DNA of 64,000 bases from Asterias rubens (taxonomy: Eukaryota), in assembly GCF_902459465.1 (NCBI RefSeq), contig NC_047073.1, forward strand, positions 16,740,001 to 16,804,000. The letters are read 5' to 3'. This document shows positions 1 through 14,127 of this stretch, in pieces (within the stretch, counting starts at the first letter, position 1; each line of letters opens with the position of its first letter). Made by a program: the position numbers and the translations under genes. The notes below the pieces were generated by a model. It ran no database searches. It saw only the letters and a list, made by a program, of their open reading frames with translations, and was not told the DNA's origin.

Positions 1-3000
1 AAGAAAATCATATCATTATTTCGGCTTGTTGTTTTGACCCCAAGACCACTCGTAATTTTTGTTGACTAAATAATAACAATAAAGGACTATTATGGTTCAG
101 AGGAGAGCCGCGTTTGTCGAATTAAGATCCATTTCACGGGACAGCAAGCAGAGATGGGCCGGGTCCTTTGGTGGGGCTAATAACACCAAATCCCGGCTAT
201 CAAAGGCCCGCACAAAGCCGGTACCTTCTGTCACTGTAGATCGGATGGTGCGATAAGGGTATACGGCCAAGAACTAGGGATTTCCAGTGGGGTAGGCCAG
301 CATTGGGTGTTCAAGCCTGGGTGAGGCCGAGCTAAGCAGAACAGGGTCGGTGTTTTCCGTAACAAGTTCAGGCGACCCCTCCTACGGCTTTACGCCTGGG
401 ACTTTGGGTTTTGTTTCGGGGGCGGGGGCTGAACTTCCAAAATACTTATTTTTATTGAGTTGATATGCACCCTGCTCCTCAGGCATCATCTTTTTCTTTG
501 AGAATTTGGAAAAATCTTAATCCTTATTAAATTGTTTTGTGGAGTCTGCGGGGTAACTTTTGTTGATCGGGGGGGGGGGGGGGGGGGGGTAAACACTGGG
601 TTCATCTACTGTACTTTTGTGTACTTTTGGAGAAATGTTTCCACTTGGTCGATATGTTTGCATTTGGCTTATATATTACATTTTGAGGTTACAACAGTTG
701 TATTTTGTTTAAGAAAGCACTACCGCAGTTTTGAAGGGCTAGATTCTTGCTATGACCATAGATTGAGGCAAAGTAAAATAAAACGCCCACGCCGACAAGT
801 TGCAAAGTAAAACTGCTTATAGCAAACAAACACAACTTGTTGCATCATTCATTTAAAGAAACATTGACAATTTTAAAAGCAGATTGATAATTCCGCTTTA
901 TATTTCAGTCGTGAGCGACCTTAATGTTGTTATTGTTCAATTCCTACACACTTGAAATCGAGCTTTGACGGAAGCAGAACACAAAACCCGTCTTTTTCAG
1001 TCTCATTTTCCCTTCATCCGTTGACAAACACATGTTTTGCTCGGCTTAAAAGTGTTTACGAACCCAATGAAAATATCAACCGCAAAATAATTGTGATTAC
1101 CGCACCAGAAGTGACAAGGTTTACCCGGAGGGTTCGCTTGCTCTACGGCAGAAGCGAAGAAGAAAAAAACATAGAGCCAAGATCACGGTCGTGGTCTACC
1201 AAACCAAATTGAGTCCACATAGCTAAATCCCTTCCGATTGGAAAGCCGATTGACGAAGCTCGGGCTGTTTTCCCACGCTGAGAAAATCCGAACAAATCCG
1301 TCACTTCTGCAATATACTCAATGGGTTCCAACTCTTTATTATCGCAAGCCTGCAGCAACACAGAGTTGGGGCGATGTTGTTGAAAAAAAATAAAAAACCT
1401 TGTCTCGATTTTTTTTTTCATTTTCGGCAAGTCATAAAAACCACGGGGAAATAGTACGCATGACTTGGCAAGCGCCTTGGTGGATAAATATGGGACATGA
1501 ACAATGAAAGGCCATACAGAATATGGAAGATTAAAAGTGCAAGTTTTTCCTTTTGGAGATCAAAGTTGATAACAAATAATGGTTTATACTGCGATATGTT
1601 TGGCAGTTACATATATTGATTATAGTCACGTGTCCTCCCAGCATGTGGTAGTAATAAGAAACAAACGAGTTAAGTCTGAGGTTATAGGAAATGATGACAA
1701 CATAAATCATGCAGACTTTAATGAAAGAGGTCGAAATATTGATCAAAGTGATCCATGTGAATATTTAACACTTGTTTTATAAGATACCTTATAGGGTTGA
1801 AATTATAAAGATTTTGTTCAGAGTGATATATTTCTGATATATCAACGCTCTCGCCAGCTTGTTTAAAGGAGTCAAACAAACGGTAATCTACGGTCGTCTA
1901 CGTGTTTGCAAGTTTTGTTTGAAATAAAACGTGACATATGAATTAGAAATAGTATAAAAAAATGTACTCGCAAACCTTTGCAAACTAAAAAAAGCTAAGC
2001 AAGATACTACACAAACAAATGAAAATCATAATCCTTATGTACTTACATGGACCATTATGGCGATGGGCACAGCAATTGGCATGGGCATACAAAGTGCTTC
2101 AAACTATCATATCTACTTGGAAATTGTTTCACCAATGACCCAAATCTTTTTTCATTACATATTTTGGCACAAAAGGGTAGAATTTATTTTAAATTCAAAG
2201 GTGGAAGTATGCAGTATGCATTCCTTTCAACTCGTTTGATCACTGCTGAGGATTCCTTAGATAATGCTGAACAACACGAAAGTTACCCAAGTCCAGTCAT
2301 GCTCACTTTGATATCTCCTTCTAATGTGAACCAATTGTTTTACTGCACGTTTCGCAATTACCCGATGCTATCTACTGAATATAGCGGAGTGTATAGCGTT
2401 TGTAATACAGTTTCACTGCACAGCCACAGATACTCAACATGATGAGGTGGACCAGATGGTAGCCAGACCGAGGAAGTTTACTTTCAGCAACAAGAGGATC
2501 AATGTGTGATCGTACACACCCACTGTATTGACAATGCAATCAAGGGCTGTCACTGTAGTAATAAAATCAAGGCGATTTGATGTGTGTTTTAAAGTAGCTT
2601 ATTGAAGATGAGACAGTCTGAAAGTCGAGTGGTCATACGCAATGGGCGACTATCGTCTTACATAGCAGTCTTGTTTAAGAATAACAAACTGCACGTGTTA
2701 AGCGAAATCAGGCTGCAGAAGTTAATTCATTTAAAGGTTACATCAAAAACAACGTACACTCCGGGGAACATATTAATAACATAGTACATCAAAATGTGCA
2801 ACAGGAGATAAACTCTATTTGATATTTAATCCCCTTTGATGAGATAATGTATAACCATTGACGTAGATATCCAAATAGATTTTAGTCCAAATTTCAATCA
2901 ATGCCAATTGAGCATTGTCACTGCAATAACATACAGTGAACAGGGAACAATAATTACAATGGATACGGAAACAAGTAACTGGGATAAATTAATACAATAA

Positions 3001-3922
3001 AATAAAAATAATAAAAACTATTACAATAATAACCATCGGTTTTACATACAGATGGAGAATTTATAAAAAGCGTTACCATACCAAGAAAAGTGAGTTTTGA
3101 TTTAGGTAATTTAAAACGAAACAGGATCTCATACGGTTGATCAATTTGATATAACATTATTCCAAATTATCCACACATATTGCGTAAGACCTATTGAGTC
3201 CAAGACGACCTTAGTCTATCATGAAAAGTTATTAAATTGATTGATTGCATATGCATTGATTTAAGTTCTGACTGAGCTAGACAGGCTATTGGCATCACCA
3301 CCACCGGGGACACACGAGGGGTGGCCGGCCCAACTAACCCTCAATCCCCGCCCGATGGCCGCTCCGTGCTGTGAGACTGAACAAGGGTTGTCCTACCCCC
3401 GTCAATCGCGTCTACAACACGGGCACGAAATGTAGCTGTGGCTACGATGACAAGGCTGTATATCATGCGGTGTGTTGTGGTGTGAGCCAGACTAAGTAAC
3501 CATGTGATCACGCCTCTCCTATAGAGAGAGAAACACCTGGCAATTATAGACCTCATTAATCATTAGAAGACAACAGTACTAAGCCCAGAAATAGTGGTAC
3601 GTAATGAAGCAGGGCCTAACTTCGTAAAGCTGTTAAGCAGAAAATATTGCTTAGCATAATTTCATAAAGCTGTTAAGCAGAAAAGATGCTCAGTAAAGTC
3701 TTTTGATAACCAAAACATTAACGGGACACCAATCATAACAAGGTGAATGAAATGTTTTTGTTTGGTCGGTAACCTGTTTTGTCTTAAAAATGTAGTTTTA
3801 TGGGTTGAATTGTGATCATGTTAGCAGACAAACTCCTTTGTAACGCAAGTGAAGTCGTGCTTGGTCCTACAGCAATATTTTCAACTCTGTTACAAGAAAT
3901 AATGAGCAATGATTTATATTAA

Positions 3923-4306
3923 AGGGACACGTTGCCTTGGATCGGGCGAGTTGGTCTATGAAGAGCGTTTGAACACTTTTGTTATAAAATGCATAATATG
4001 GTTAGAACGATGTTTTAAAAGTAGAATATAATGATCCACACAATATGACAAGAAACTGCATGGTCTTCCTTATACGTCGTAACTTAGTACGGTACTTCAT
4101 TTTGTGGAGTCAAGTTTTTGACTCCATAAAATGGCCGACTGTGTGAGTTCGCAAAGTTAAATGAAAACCACGCAATTTCCAGGCATATTTGTGTGGATCA
4201 TTAAATTATACTTTTAAAACATATTTATTACTATATCGATTCCAAAACAAACGGGTTCAAATGCTATTCATAGACCAACTCGAACGATCCAAGGCAACGT
4301 GTCCCT
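3923..4306. mobile_element. Non-autonomous foldback MITE with TTAA target-site duplication (Kolobok/T2-like termini)
   Basis: TTAA at 3919-3922 and 4307-4310. Left end AGGGACACGTTGCCTTGGATCG is the exact reverse complement of right end CGATCCAAGGCAACGTGTCCCT. A second copy lies at 27678-28062. Confidence 0.8.
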
Positions 4307-7026
4307 TTAACTTCGAAAACTGTTTTTCTTTGCAATTTTTGTTTGAACTTGACGTTTGGTATTAGACTGTCATTAATGCGTGTCCATCTTATTTTTGTTT
4401 TTTTTACATTCAAATACATTAACCCAAAAGACGCTGGATGAAGATTCCGTCTGGCTCCTTGATTACAATCAGACACAGGTTTGATTTGACACGCACGATG
4501 CACGATAAGCTCGTTTCTTATTACACTGGCTACGGGACACTGACATGATCAGTTCATCATAACGTTGAAGAAACCCACCAACGAAAATCACTTCTATCGT
4601 TACAATCCGTTAATTTCCCTTCCCGGGTTCATTGGCAATTTTATTAAAACTAAACATTTGAAAATGAGCTCTTTGGCATTAACGGTCCTTTTCACGAAAG
4701 ACAAAATCGACTATAGAATTACAAGTTAAAAACAAAAAAAGTCACACCTAGGCATACTGGTACACCTCGTGTAACAAGCAAGTGCTGCAAAGTGGTCAAG
4801 ATTTTCCCTTTATTCTGACAGCCTAGAAAACCTTCTCCATACGGCCAGTTATCTTGTGATGTTAATAAGAAACAACCTTTGAAACACGGGAAATATTTAT
4901 TGTAAATTTGACCGTATTGTCTTGTAAACCTTGCTGTAGCGGCCATAATGTCCCCAGTGGTCACTTTAAGCTCGGTCTGTTGGCTTCAGCCACTGATAGT
5001 AGAGTGATATTGTGACGTGACTTCAGCTTAATTTCATATCTCAAGACTCGATATCAACATCCTCTACTAATTGGCAGAGACCAATGTATTTGAACTCAGG
5101 CATGAAATGACCATTCATGCATGCCTCTAGCCATCTTCAACCCCCCCCCCCCATGATGTTTCTGGCCGGACACAAATCCACAACATCGCACCAAAATTAC
5201 CCCATCATCGCAAACACAAAGACCAGTCACACTGTGCATAGAGTTTGAAAATTATATCAGCTAAGAATACATTAACTATTCATTGAGACTGTACTAGAAT
5301 ATAGGCCCTCTACGGAGAAACACTGAAGGTGAAAGTAGGTCTATGTTGGTGTTGTTGTTTTGTTTGTTTGTATTTTTAAAAGTTTTTTTCGGGCGAGGGG
5401 ATGGTCAATGTTAACTTATTCCCATCCTTAAGTTTCCAATGAACTCATCATACAACCATACAGGTTATGTTATTTGGTAAGTGATCTTTGCTAGTTAACA
5501 TGGGCTATTTACACCGCGGCCGGCAATCAAAATAAGCAAAGCTTACTTGTCAGACCCTCAATGCTATTTCCAGAGAGGCTTTTTTCGGACTAAAATATTT
5601 CCCGGAAATACATTTTTTTTTATTTTTTTTTATTTTTTAATTTTTTTATAGATAACTACCAAATCTTTAACTTAACAAAAAATCTCCATTTGAAATTTGG
5701 CAAGTGTCAATAACTATTTCGTAAAACTAAAAGCAACCGTGGAGCGACCTAAAAAGATTGAACCAATGTAAACTCAACCGCAGTTTGCAAAGTTGAATGT
5801 TGAACGTAAAGCCATCATAATAAACACAGAGCAATGGCGGCCCTTCCCTCCTTTCATCGACGTTTATTGGACGACAAAACAGGACGGCATTTTATCAAAG
5901 CTACATACAAACTACAAGTAGTGCTCCGTACCAGCTGACGATAGCACCGCCATTATTTAATTAACTTATTAGCGGTCCAACAAAAAGACTTCAACACAAA
6001 AAGGCACATCTGAACATGACAAAGATCATCTCTTACAAATATAAAAGTGAAATAAAAACTCAATTTAGACATGTATAGAAATTTGTCTTCACATTCTTTG
6101 AAACCATCACCATGTTAAGAATTTTGTTTTCTTGGATCGATAGAAAAGCCAAAGAGTGTACCTTGGATTTTTTGTGGGCCATTTTGTGACGCTAAAATTT
6201 ATTGTGCCAAGTTAAACAGCACACTAACTTTATTGATCCGATGTGTTATTTAATGAAAGCTGCATCCACACAGATAACAAACGAACCATTGCAAATTCAT
6301 TTGATAAAATCTTGTAAAAAAATGTGATTTTTAAAAAGAACCCAAAAAGCTTGTTCCGTGAATCTTATTGACCCGCTTATCCATAGTGAAGAATAAATCT
6401 ATTTTCATATTTCCAAACACCATAGCCCACTTCCAGTCATAATTTTGTCAGTAACGAAGTTTCAGAACAAAGAACATTTCCAAGAGCAAATTGATAAATC
6501 CAGTTTCCCGCCTTCCTTTCTACTCTCAGATGAAAAGGCCGGCAGCCAAATATTATCTCTGCCTGTGTCCATGCCATAATTACTTCATACAAGTCAAGCG
6601 GGTATATTAAACACAGTATAATTAATATTATACAACCGCTGGGCGCTGCAAAAACCTTCCAATCCCTGGAGGTGTAATAGAAAGCAACATGCCTACAATT
6701 TCAACGTGTTTTTCAGAGGTTTGAAAAGGAAAATCCAGGTTCTGTGCCTTTTAGCAAAAATCCCATCTGCTGTTTATAAATCAATGAATTGGTAGCAACT
6801 TATGCAACTTGGAAAGATGATTAATCCGCGTATAAATAATAACGCGATAAGGAAGAATAAGATGAGAATTCGCTCAAATTAGCGAAGTCAGCTCGAGGGG
6901 GATTTACGGCAAGTATTTTATAATAATTAATGTTGAGAAAACGCTATAAGCGACTTTGGCTCTACAATGCTCGGCTGATGATGTCGGCGTTTTGTATACA
7001 GTCGCTAAATAGGAACGCTTTCTGTA

Positions 7027-7228
7027 GCCGCCATTTTGTACTCGACAATGATAATGCAAACAGTCCTTGACCGAATTCCGAACGTACTCTTGTTCATGAC
7101 GTCAGTGTTTTATCATGAGCTACCAGCGACCTGTGAACTCTGTAGGCCCTCTTGCGGTGCACAATTTCAAGAGGTACACGCCATTGGGCAGAAAGCATGC
7201 GCTCATTTGCGATAATCAAAATGGCGGC
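7027..7228. promoter_or_regulatory. Inverted pair of YY1-type motifs around a CRE palindrome (bidirectional promoter-like or TE-internal)
   Basis: GCCGCCATTTTG (7027-7038) and its exact reverse complement CAAAATGGCGGC (7217-7228), with TGACGTCA between them. Motif match only. Confidence 0.3.
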
Positions 7229-7730
7229 ATAACTGTTTCGCCAGGTAGTCTGTCAATGCAAATTCGACTAGACTCTCGTAAACCATAAATCACGATCACT
7301 ATTTGCGTAATAGTTCCCTCACGTGGTCGTATTCCATACTGATTGCGAGACAGGCAAGAACAAGGATGACATTTGACCTTTTTGATAAAGAAATAAAGCG
7401 TCTTGTTTTTACACAACTTAAGAATCTCTTCACCATCTCCCATTCTCCCTTGGGGCGTGCTGCATACGGGAATTGGTCTCCATCTAGACAAGTCGACTCA
7501 ACCAAGTCTTCATCAAAAGCTCTTCTTATACTTGATGTCATTGTTTTTGAAGGCGATAACAGATGTACCTGAATGAAAGTACATAGCTGAAAACATGACC
7601 GGTATACATCGTTACCAATCAGTGCTCACCTTGGCACGATGGCACATCGGTGTTTTGACATGAAATAGAATCTGCCCTCAATGTGTCGCCCACATTCAGG
7701 GCAACAAACACAACGAAGGTGAAGTTGTAG
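7216..7730 (-). pseudogene. Possible decayed spliced coding remnant, family unknown
   Basis: Strong GTGAG donor and TTTCATTCAG acceptor define a 61-bp intron-like segment (7569-7629) between protein-like frames. Every joined frame hits stops. No domain recognised. Confidence 0.2.
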
Positions 7731-10700
7731 GTATGTTAACGATCCAAGATTGTTGGGGAAATTCAATATATGGAAATAAATACAGGAGTGTTTGTGGGAA
7801 CTCAAAAATATGAGGGGGGGGGGGGGGGTTAGGAAATGTATATCAAAGGTTAGCCAAGGTGGTTGCATGGTGTGCTTAGTTCTAAGAAACTGCGAACCTT
7901 CAAATTGTTTGAATCATGAGGAAAGAGACCGCTGGAACAAAGTGCACAAATCGCCGTTATGCGGTATGTCAGGTTTCTGAGTTTTTGTTACAATTATTTC
8001 TGAAACCTCGAGGGGGAATTGATTTCGGATGGTATCAGACACTTGAAGCGAACTTGTTAACAAGTTTGTTATGTTTGTACACGTATTCCTATAGCATCTT
8101 AGTACATTTTGCAGTCTATTAGTGTTCTTGTACGTACATGTAGCATTATAGCAATACGCCACTTGGGGCTGCTGATTTATTTTCAAGCTGCATTGAAATT
8201 CACGAAAGCAGATTTGTTTCTTTATTGCATAAATTTTCAATCCAAACAATTTTTGTTTTCCTTTCTGGGCAGCACCGAAAACAACAACAACATCGCACCA
8301 CCACACCACTGACAAAAACAGGTTCAACCTGTTTTATAACGACTAGTAATTTGTAGCTCTTCTTGTTAGGATATAGGATTTGAGGTTTTGCTTTTCAAAA
8401 ATAACCGGCCCAGATTTACTGTGGTGTTTAAAGCAACCACTAATTCCTTGAATAGATTTAGAAAATGGGGAAAAACACTAGTTTTACAATGAGTTGGTTA
8501 AAATTATTGCACATAAGCCAACTCATAATTTGTTTGACATTATTCGCACGAGAAGAGTTTTTTTAATGAGGAGACTTGAAGCTTTTCTTTATTACTCGGT
8601 AACAAAACGATATCTTGCTGTGCAACGCCGTGGATTAACGCAAAGACCACGTGTCATCGTGTTGGCATAACACCATAAAGTACCATAACCCCAAGCTTCG
8701 ATTGTCGGCCAGCGAGTCAAGAGAGAAAGATGGCAAGAGAGCCAGTGTGTAGCGTTGGGAAAGATCTGACATCGATTTAACACACAAATTACACATCCGA
8801 ATCGAACTTGCATTCCAAGATCAGACAGTTACAAAACATTGGCGTCATTTTGCCCCTTGCCAACACCTTGTTAGGTATCTACGCGTTTAAATAGTACCTT
8901 GCCCCCATCTACAGATTAAGTATTAAGGGCTTCACAGGCGGATTGAGAGTGCCAAAGTGGTGATTTTTGAGAGCTAGAGGTTTCTAGTCGCTGGGACAGC
9001 GCTAATTCTTCTCCCAACTGATCAGGGTGGTCTGTCAGATCAGCGAGCCGGTCGAACGTGCAACCGTAATTCTTTAGCATGGTACGGGGAGCAAATCGTC
9101 TATCAACTGCAAGTGTTGAATGTGTCTTGGTCATGGCGCGTTTCATTAGGTAACAAAGGCGCGAATCAGAATGACGCGAGCAGCCGAGCAATAATTGACC
9201 GTTAACCACAGCCAAGCAACACAATGTGTCAACCGATCACAATAAGTGAAATTAAGTGTTAATACAATGGGCTTAACAAACACTACTAGTAGACTGCCAC
9301 TGCAAGGCTAATTAGTATAATAACATATTTACTTCGTGAACAGTTAAAGATTGAAATGTCAACGACGTCTGGTGTTTGCTTTCCGAAGTCAAAATGCGCA
9401 GTCGGAAAAAAAGAAGAAAAAAAAAAAATCAACAGTAAGGATACATTTAAATCAACAGCTGTATTCTTATAAATTAGTGTTTCGTTTATGCTATTTTGAC
9501 CATTGCACTTTTTATAACAACAGCACATAGTTTGAGTTAAATTATTGCCAAAATATAATACCTAGATCTACCTTTTATGTTCAATTATATACTATTAAAA
9601 ATAAAACTAATTCTGATGATTTTCAGTACAACTATCAACGTATTTAAGAGTCTATTTTTATTGACGACCGACCCCCCTTCTACAACCTTTTGCCTCCTTG
9701 CCAAAGTATAGCGTGCCTAGAATCCTTCGTCGTGGTAGTCCAAAATAGACTGGAGACAAAAAATGTAATAACTCTTGGAAATAGTTACAAATTGGTTGGG
9801 TAGAAAAAAAAGTAGACATCTTACGGGTGGCCTGCACCTACGTTAAAGATATTCACCAGCTACGCGCTATTAGCTCGTATTAGAAAAACGACGGGCAGAC
9901 AGTGTCGGTTTCACTACCATTGGCGAGATCATTAGAGACTTGTTTTTTCACCTGCACAGAGCTCCAATGCGTTTGTCTATCGCGCTCAGATGGGCTTCAA
10001 ACTACTAGGAGAGACCCACGCAACTGTTAGAAAAGAAGAGTGAAAGAGACCGAGTAGGGAAAAAATGGCTTGTGTAAAAGGGCGTTCGTACGTGCTGGGG
10101 TTAGAACTTGTCAATGAGGAACTAGCCCGCTAAGGATCGATTTAACAGCGGATCAAAAGTACAGGGTGTCAGCTATGGGATAAAGCGGGGGCCCACCTCG
10201 CCTCGCTGCACAACTTGTTCACGGGGAGCGACACCCCGGAAAACCTAATTGAGGACTCGCACTTACGGCACAAACTTGTAAATGGGTCGGTTTATTTAAC
10301 ACTTTCTCGTGTTTTCTTTGAGAGAATATCTTTTCTGGCGCTGCCCGTTTCGGCATGAACTGTTGTGAAACCTCGTTAAGAATTTGTACATGCGGAATGA
10401 GGGATGTACATAAATCCGCTGCGATTTCACGTCCACATGACTTGCTCGTTGCTCTCTTAAGCTCCGTAGTATAGATGGCTACTTCGCTCGACTACAGTTT
10501 TACACTATGGCGTATTTCGCTGCCCCTAACTTGCACTTTTTCCAACTCTTTCTCCTGTTGTTGATTTGAAAGAAGGGGGGGGGACTATGATGAAAGAAGG
10601 GGGGGGGACTATGATGAAACAGTGCGGAAAGATAACTTCAGCAAGAGGGATAAAGTCAAGCAAGAATTATCAACAGACATGTTTAAGAGGATTGTCACGA

Positions 10701-13140
10701 CAAGAACATAAGAAATAAAGTAAGATGTGTTATGGTCGACTGTATTGGCATATGTCCATCTGTGTCTGTATTTGTTACAATCTACTTGGGTCATTTCCGC
10801 AGTTTGAGCTGTAACGTCTGTCTGTCTGTCTGTCCGTCTGTCTGTCTGTCGAGTCCACGCATGCACCTGTTGCAAGCAAGTAAGACAGCGAAGAGAACGC
10901 GTGAGCCAGCTTTTTTTGCCGAATAGAACAATGACGTCAACAAGGTATAGACAGGACATGCAAGAACGTTGGTCACTTATAATTATGATAATAATATACC
11001 AATCATGTTGTCGAAAACAGGGAACCCAAATCCAAACCTCAGTTTGAAGTGGTTTATCAGACCGCTTTACTGAAGCGACTATGGCTAGAATATTTTCGTT
11101 GGCTGCAGATGCAACTTCATAAGAACTGACACAATGGTGCGTAGCAGAAAAAGGTTAAAAGGGTACCAGCCAGAATATCACATGACGTGTATTGTTTGTG
11201 ACTGGTTCCTTGCTCACTTTGCTTTAGAGGAGAACAATTGGCCCAGGCACCAATTTCTACGAAGCAGTTTTAGCAAAGTGGGCTCTATAAAAAGTATCGA
11301 GATTAGTAAGAATATTAACTGGTACCCTAAATCAATGCAATTTTCCCATTTATAAATACAGGGAACCCAACCAATATCTCTGTATAATGAAGGAGTTGAG
11401 AGAGTAAATTTGAGCCTTGAATAGGCTCCCCCATCGTCATCATTCGGCAGCTAAGTAACTAGACGTTAGATATGAGTTTTTACTTGTAAACCAGTTAAGG
11501 ACCCGACCAAACCCCGTCACCTTGTAAAAGGCCCCCCAGGGTGACCCATCTTGTCACCAAATGTGTCTGACTGTGAATCTCACTATGTATGTCCTCGGCT
11601 AACTCACGGTGTTTGACCAGAACCACATTGTTACAAACAGAAACGGATGTTTTTAGAGTTGACTTTTGTTGAAATCCATGGAGGAAAGACCTTCAGTTTA
11701 CACTGGAAGTAGAGTTTTAATTGTCCACGGATATATCCATGCTGTGGTATCAAGCTGCCAGTGTGAAAACAGTGGTAATTTGCGACTTAATTGTTAATTA
11801 TCAGTCATGAAACCATGGAGGTATAGAAACACAAGCCTTAAATTGCTGGAGATTTTTGGAATTAGTAGAATAACCTTCAATTAAAGGAAAATCTACTGTG
11901 TAAATGATAAAAGCCAATGCTGCAGCCGGTCAGGTTCCCTATGTGGAGTAGGATTAATGAATACCATAATTAAAGGGACCAGTCTAGAAACCATTCCAGC
12001 CTCGGTTTAGAAACGGTGATCTGAACCAGATACGGGGTGGAAGTAATCAAATAAACCAGAACCCTTCACATAAACCCAGACCCTTTGTAAACATCTATTG
12101 CTTGAGTATCTGGCTCCGTGCCTATACTAGCCAAGGGGGCCCGCTCGAAAAGAGGTTGCATCGCCATTGTTTTAAAATTAAAACTTCCCAGTTACGAACG
12201 GAACAGAGGGTCATAATTAGGTCAAGTTATGTTGAAAACACCTTAGCTGCCCTCCCCCCCCCCCCATTACACCGAGTTCCACTAAGATATAGCCAGGTCT
12301 AGAGTGGACTGCACTTTTATTCTTCTTGAGATACAAAGAGCATTTTTTACAGCAGAAGTTGTGAGATATCCTGGTATAGAATAAATGGTGGAGGCATCAC
12401 TCTGGACAAAGGTGTCGAAGTTATCGATCATGAGTATTTGGTTGTCACGATTGCACAGGAAGAACCGTTAGCACCTGTTTGGACACCATACTCATTTCCA
12501 GCCCTGGCACTGCGTTAAAACCACCCCTTCTTTCCAGGGGGAGGAGGAGGGGCTACGGCTTACTATTTAGCGGCTTTGGCTTATTGGCAGACTCTCACTA
12601 CATTTCGTGACTTAGCCAATGATCCAAGCCTTGGTCAAAGACGTCCAATTTCGACACATCCACACTGTTTGGTCAGCCAGTTTCGTTGAAGATAATACCC
12701 TAACTGGTATCCGGCGGTCGCCATTTTGAATCTGGCTGTCAGCAATCTGGTATTGAAAAAAGTTTGATAACATGTTATCGAACTAAATTTAGATAAGTTC
12801 CTAACGTTCCGCTTCCCTACCGGTCTGCATTCAGTAGACCAAAGACCGAAACCACATCTCCATCTAAAGCTAATAAAACCTGAACAAGAATTCACAACCA
12901 ACGTCTACATAAAAAGTAGTTATCCATCTGTTTAGTTTGTTTTATTTAATTATGTGTCAACTTCAACGTTACTAATAAATGGAACTTAAATGGAACTAAA
13001 TTTTGAAAAAAGGACTATTGAAATAATACGGGCGAAAATCTAGCGAAGACGTCGTTGTTTATGGTTCATAATTACCAAATCCAGTTGAGCCTCAGTCACA
13101 GAAACTACTCACATGAAACTCACCAATAACCAAATGAAAA

Positions 13141-13323
13141 CAATCCTGTCACTCATACAAAACTCACTTCAAACTCAACAACATAATCCAGAAAAGCAAT
13201 CCTGTCACTCATACAAAATTCACTTCAAACTCAACAACATAATCCAGAAAAGCAATCCTGTCACTCATACAAAACTCACTTCAAACTCAACAACACAATC
13301 CAGAAAAGCAATCCTGTCACTCA
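13141..13323. repeat. 56-bp tandem repeat, about 3.3 copies
   Basis: CAATCCTGTCACTCA recurs at 13141, 13197, 13253 and 13309. Confidence 0.9.
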
Positions 13324-14040
13324 TTTAAAAAAACTCACCTCACCTCAGTCAACAAATGCAAAGAAAAGAAAAAAACCACCCCAAAAACAACCACTAAAAT
13401 AATTGCCTACCACATGTTTATTTATCTTCGTTAAGTCGCTATACTAATCTAGACGCAATCCAGCTTAATCCATGTTTAACACACGACTTCCAGCACCTGT
13501 AAGATGCCTTGCCTCCAATCCACAACAAAGCTAGTTTTCTTTTATCCCTCACAAAATATTCCCTACAAAAACACCAAATCATTAATCAAATTTCCACAAA
13601 AGAAAAGGTGAGTTTTTCCCCTTCTCTTTCCCATTCTACCTCATAGACTCTTTAGGGACCGCTCTCTTTTTATGTTTAAAGTACCCAGGAAGCAGAAGTG
13701 AAAAAACAGTTTTAATTTGAAGTATAAGAAGGCTTGAGGCAAAGACCATAATACCTTGAAGCGATACAGTCCGCCTCGGCTCGCTTAATTGACCGCTAAA
13801 AGTTGGTGTTTTGAGGGTGCGAGCAGCCGCACTGTGATATTACGCTCAACTGCACCCCCTCAAAATAATTAATAACAATTTCCCCTCATGGAAAGCGCGG
13901 GGTTCCTTATAGCGTAGATGCCAAACTGCCGGACAAAAAGAGCAGAAAATAATAATAATAAAAAATAACATTCTTGTTGGGGGAGGTTCAAGCGTACTTT
14001 TTTGTAACCACTTGAAGTGCTGGAGGGCCCAAATTCAGGC

Positions 14041-14127
14041 CAGACTTGAAATGTAGGCCCGGCTATACAACAGTGGAAAGTACAGACTTGAAATGTAGGC
14101 CCGGCTATACAACAGTGGAAAGTACAG
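14041..14127. repeat. 42-bp tandem duplication
   Basis: CAGACTTGAAATGTAGGCCCGGCTATACAACAGTGGAAAGTA occurs twice in tandem. Confidence 0.9.

Noticed and set aside
8916-9224. 102-aa minus ORF as the missing dmrtA exon 2
   Set aside because: No DMA-domain motif and no suitable phase-1 acceptor; the sequence looks more like regulatory DNA.
12340-12520. Ig-domain-like exon (SCEISWYRINGGGITLDKG...)
   Set aside because: Lacks the second Cys/Tyr-corner motif and a donor site, ends in a stop, and has no companion exons.
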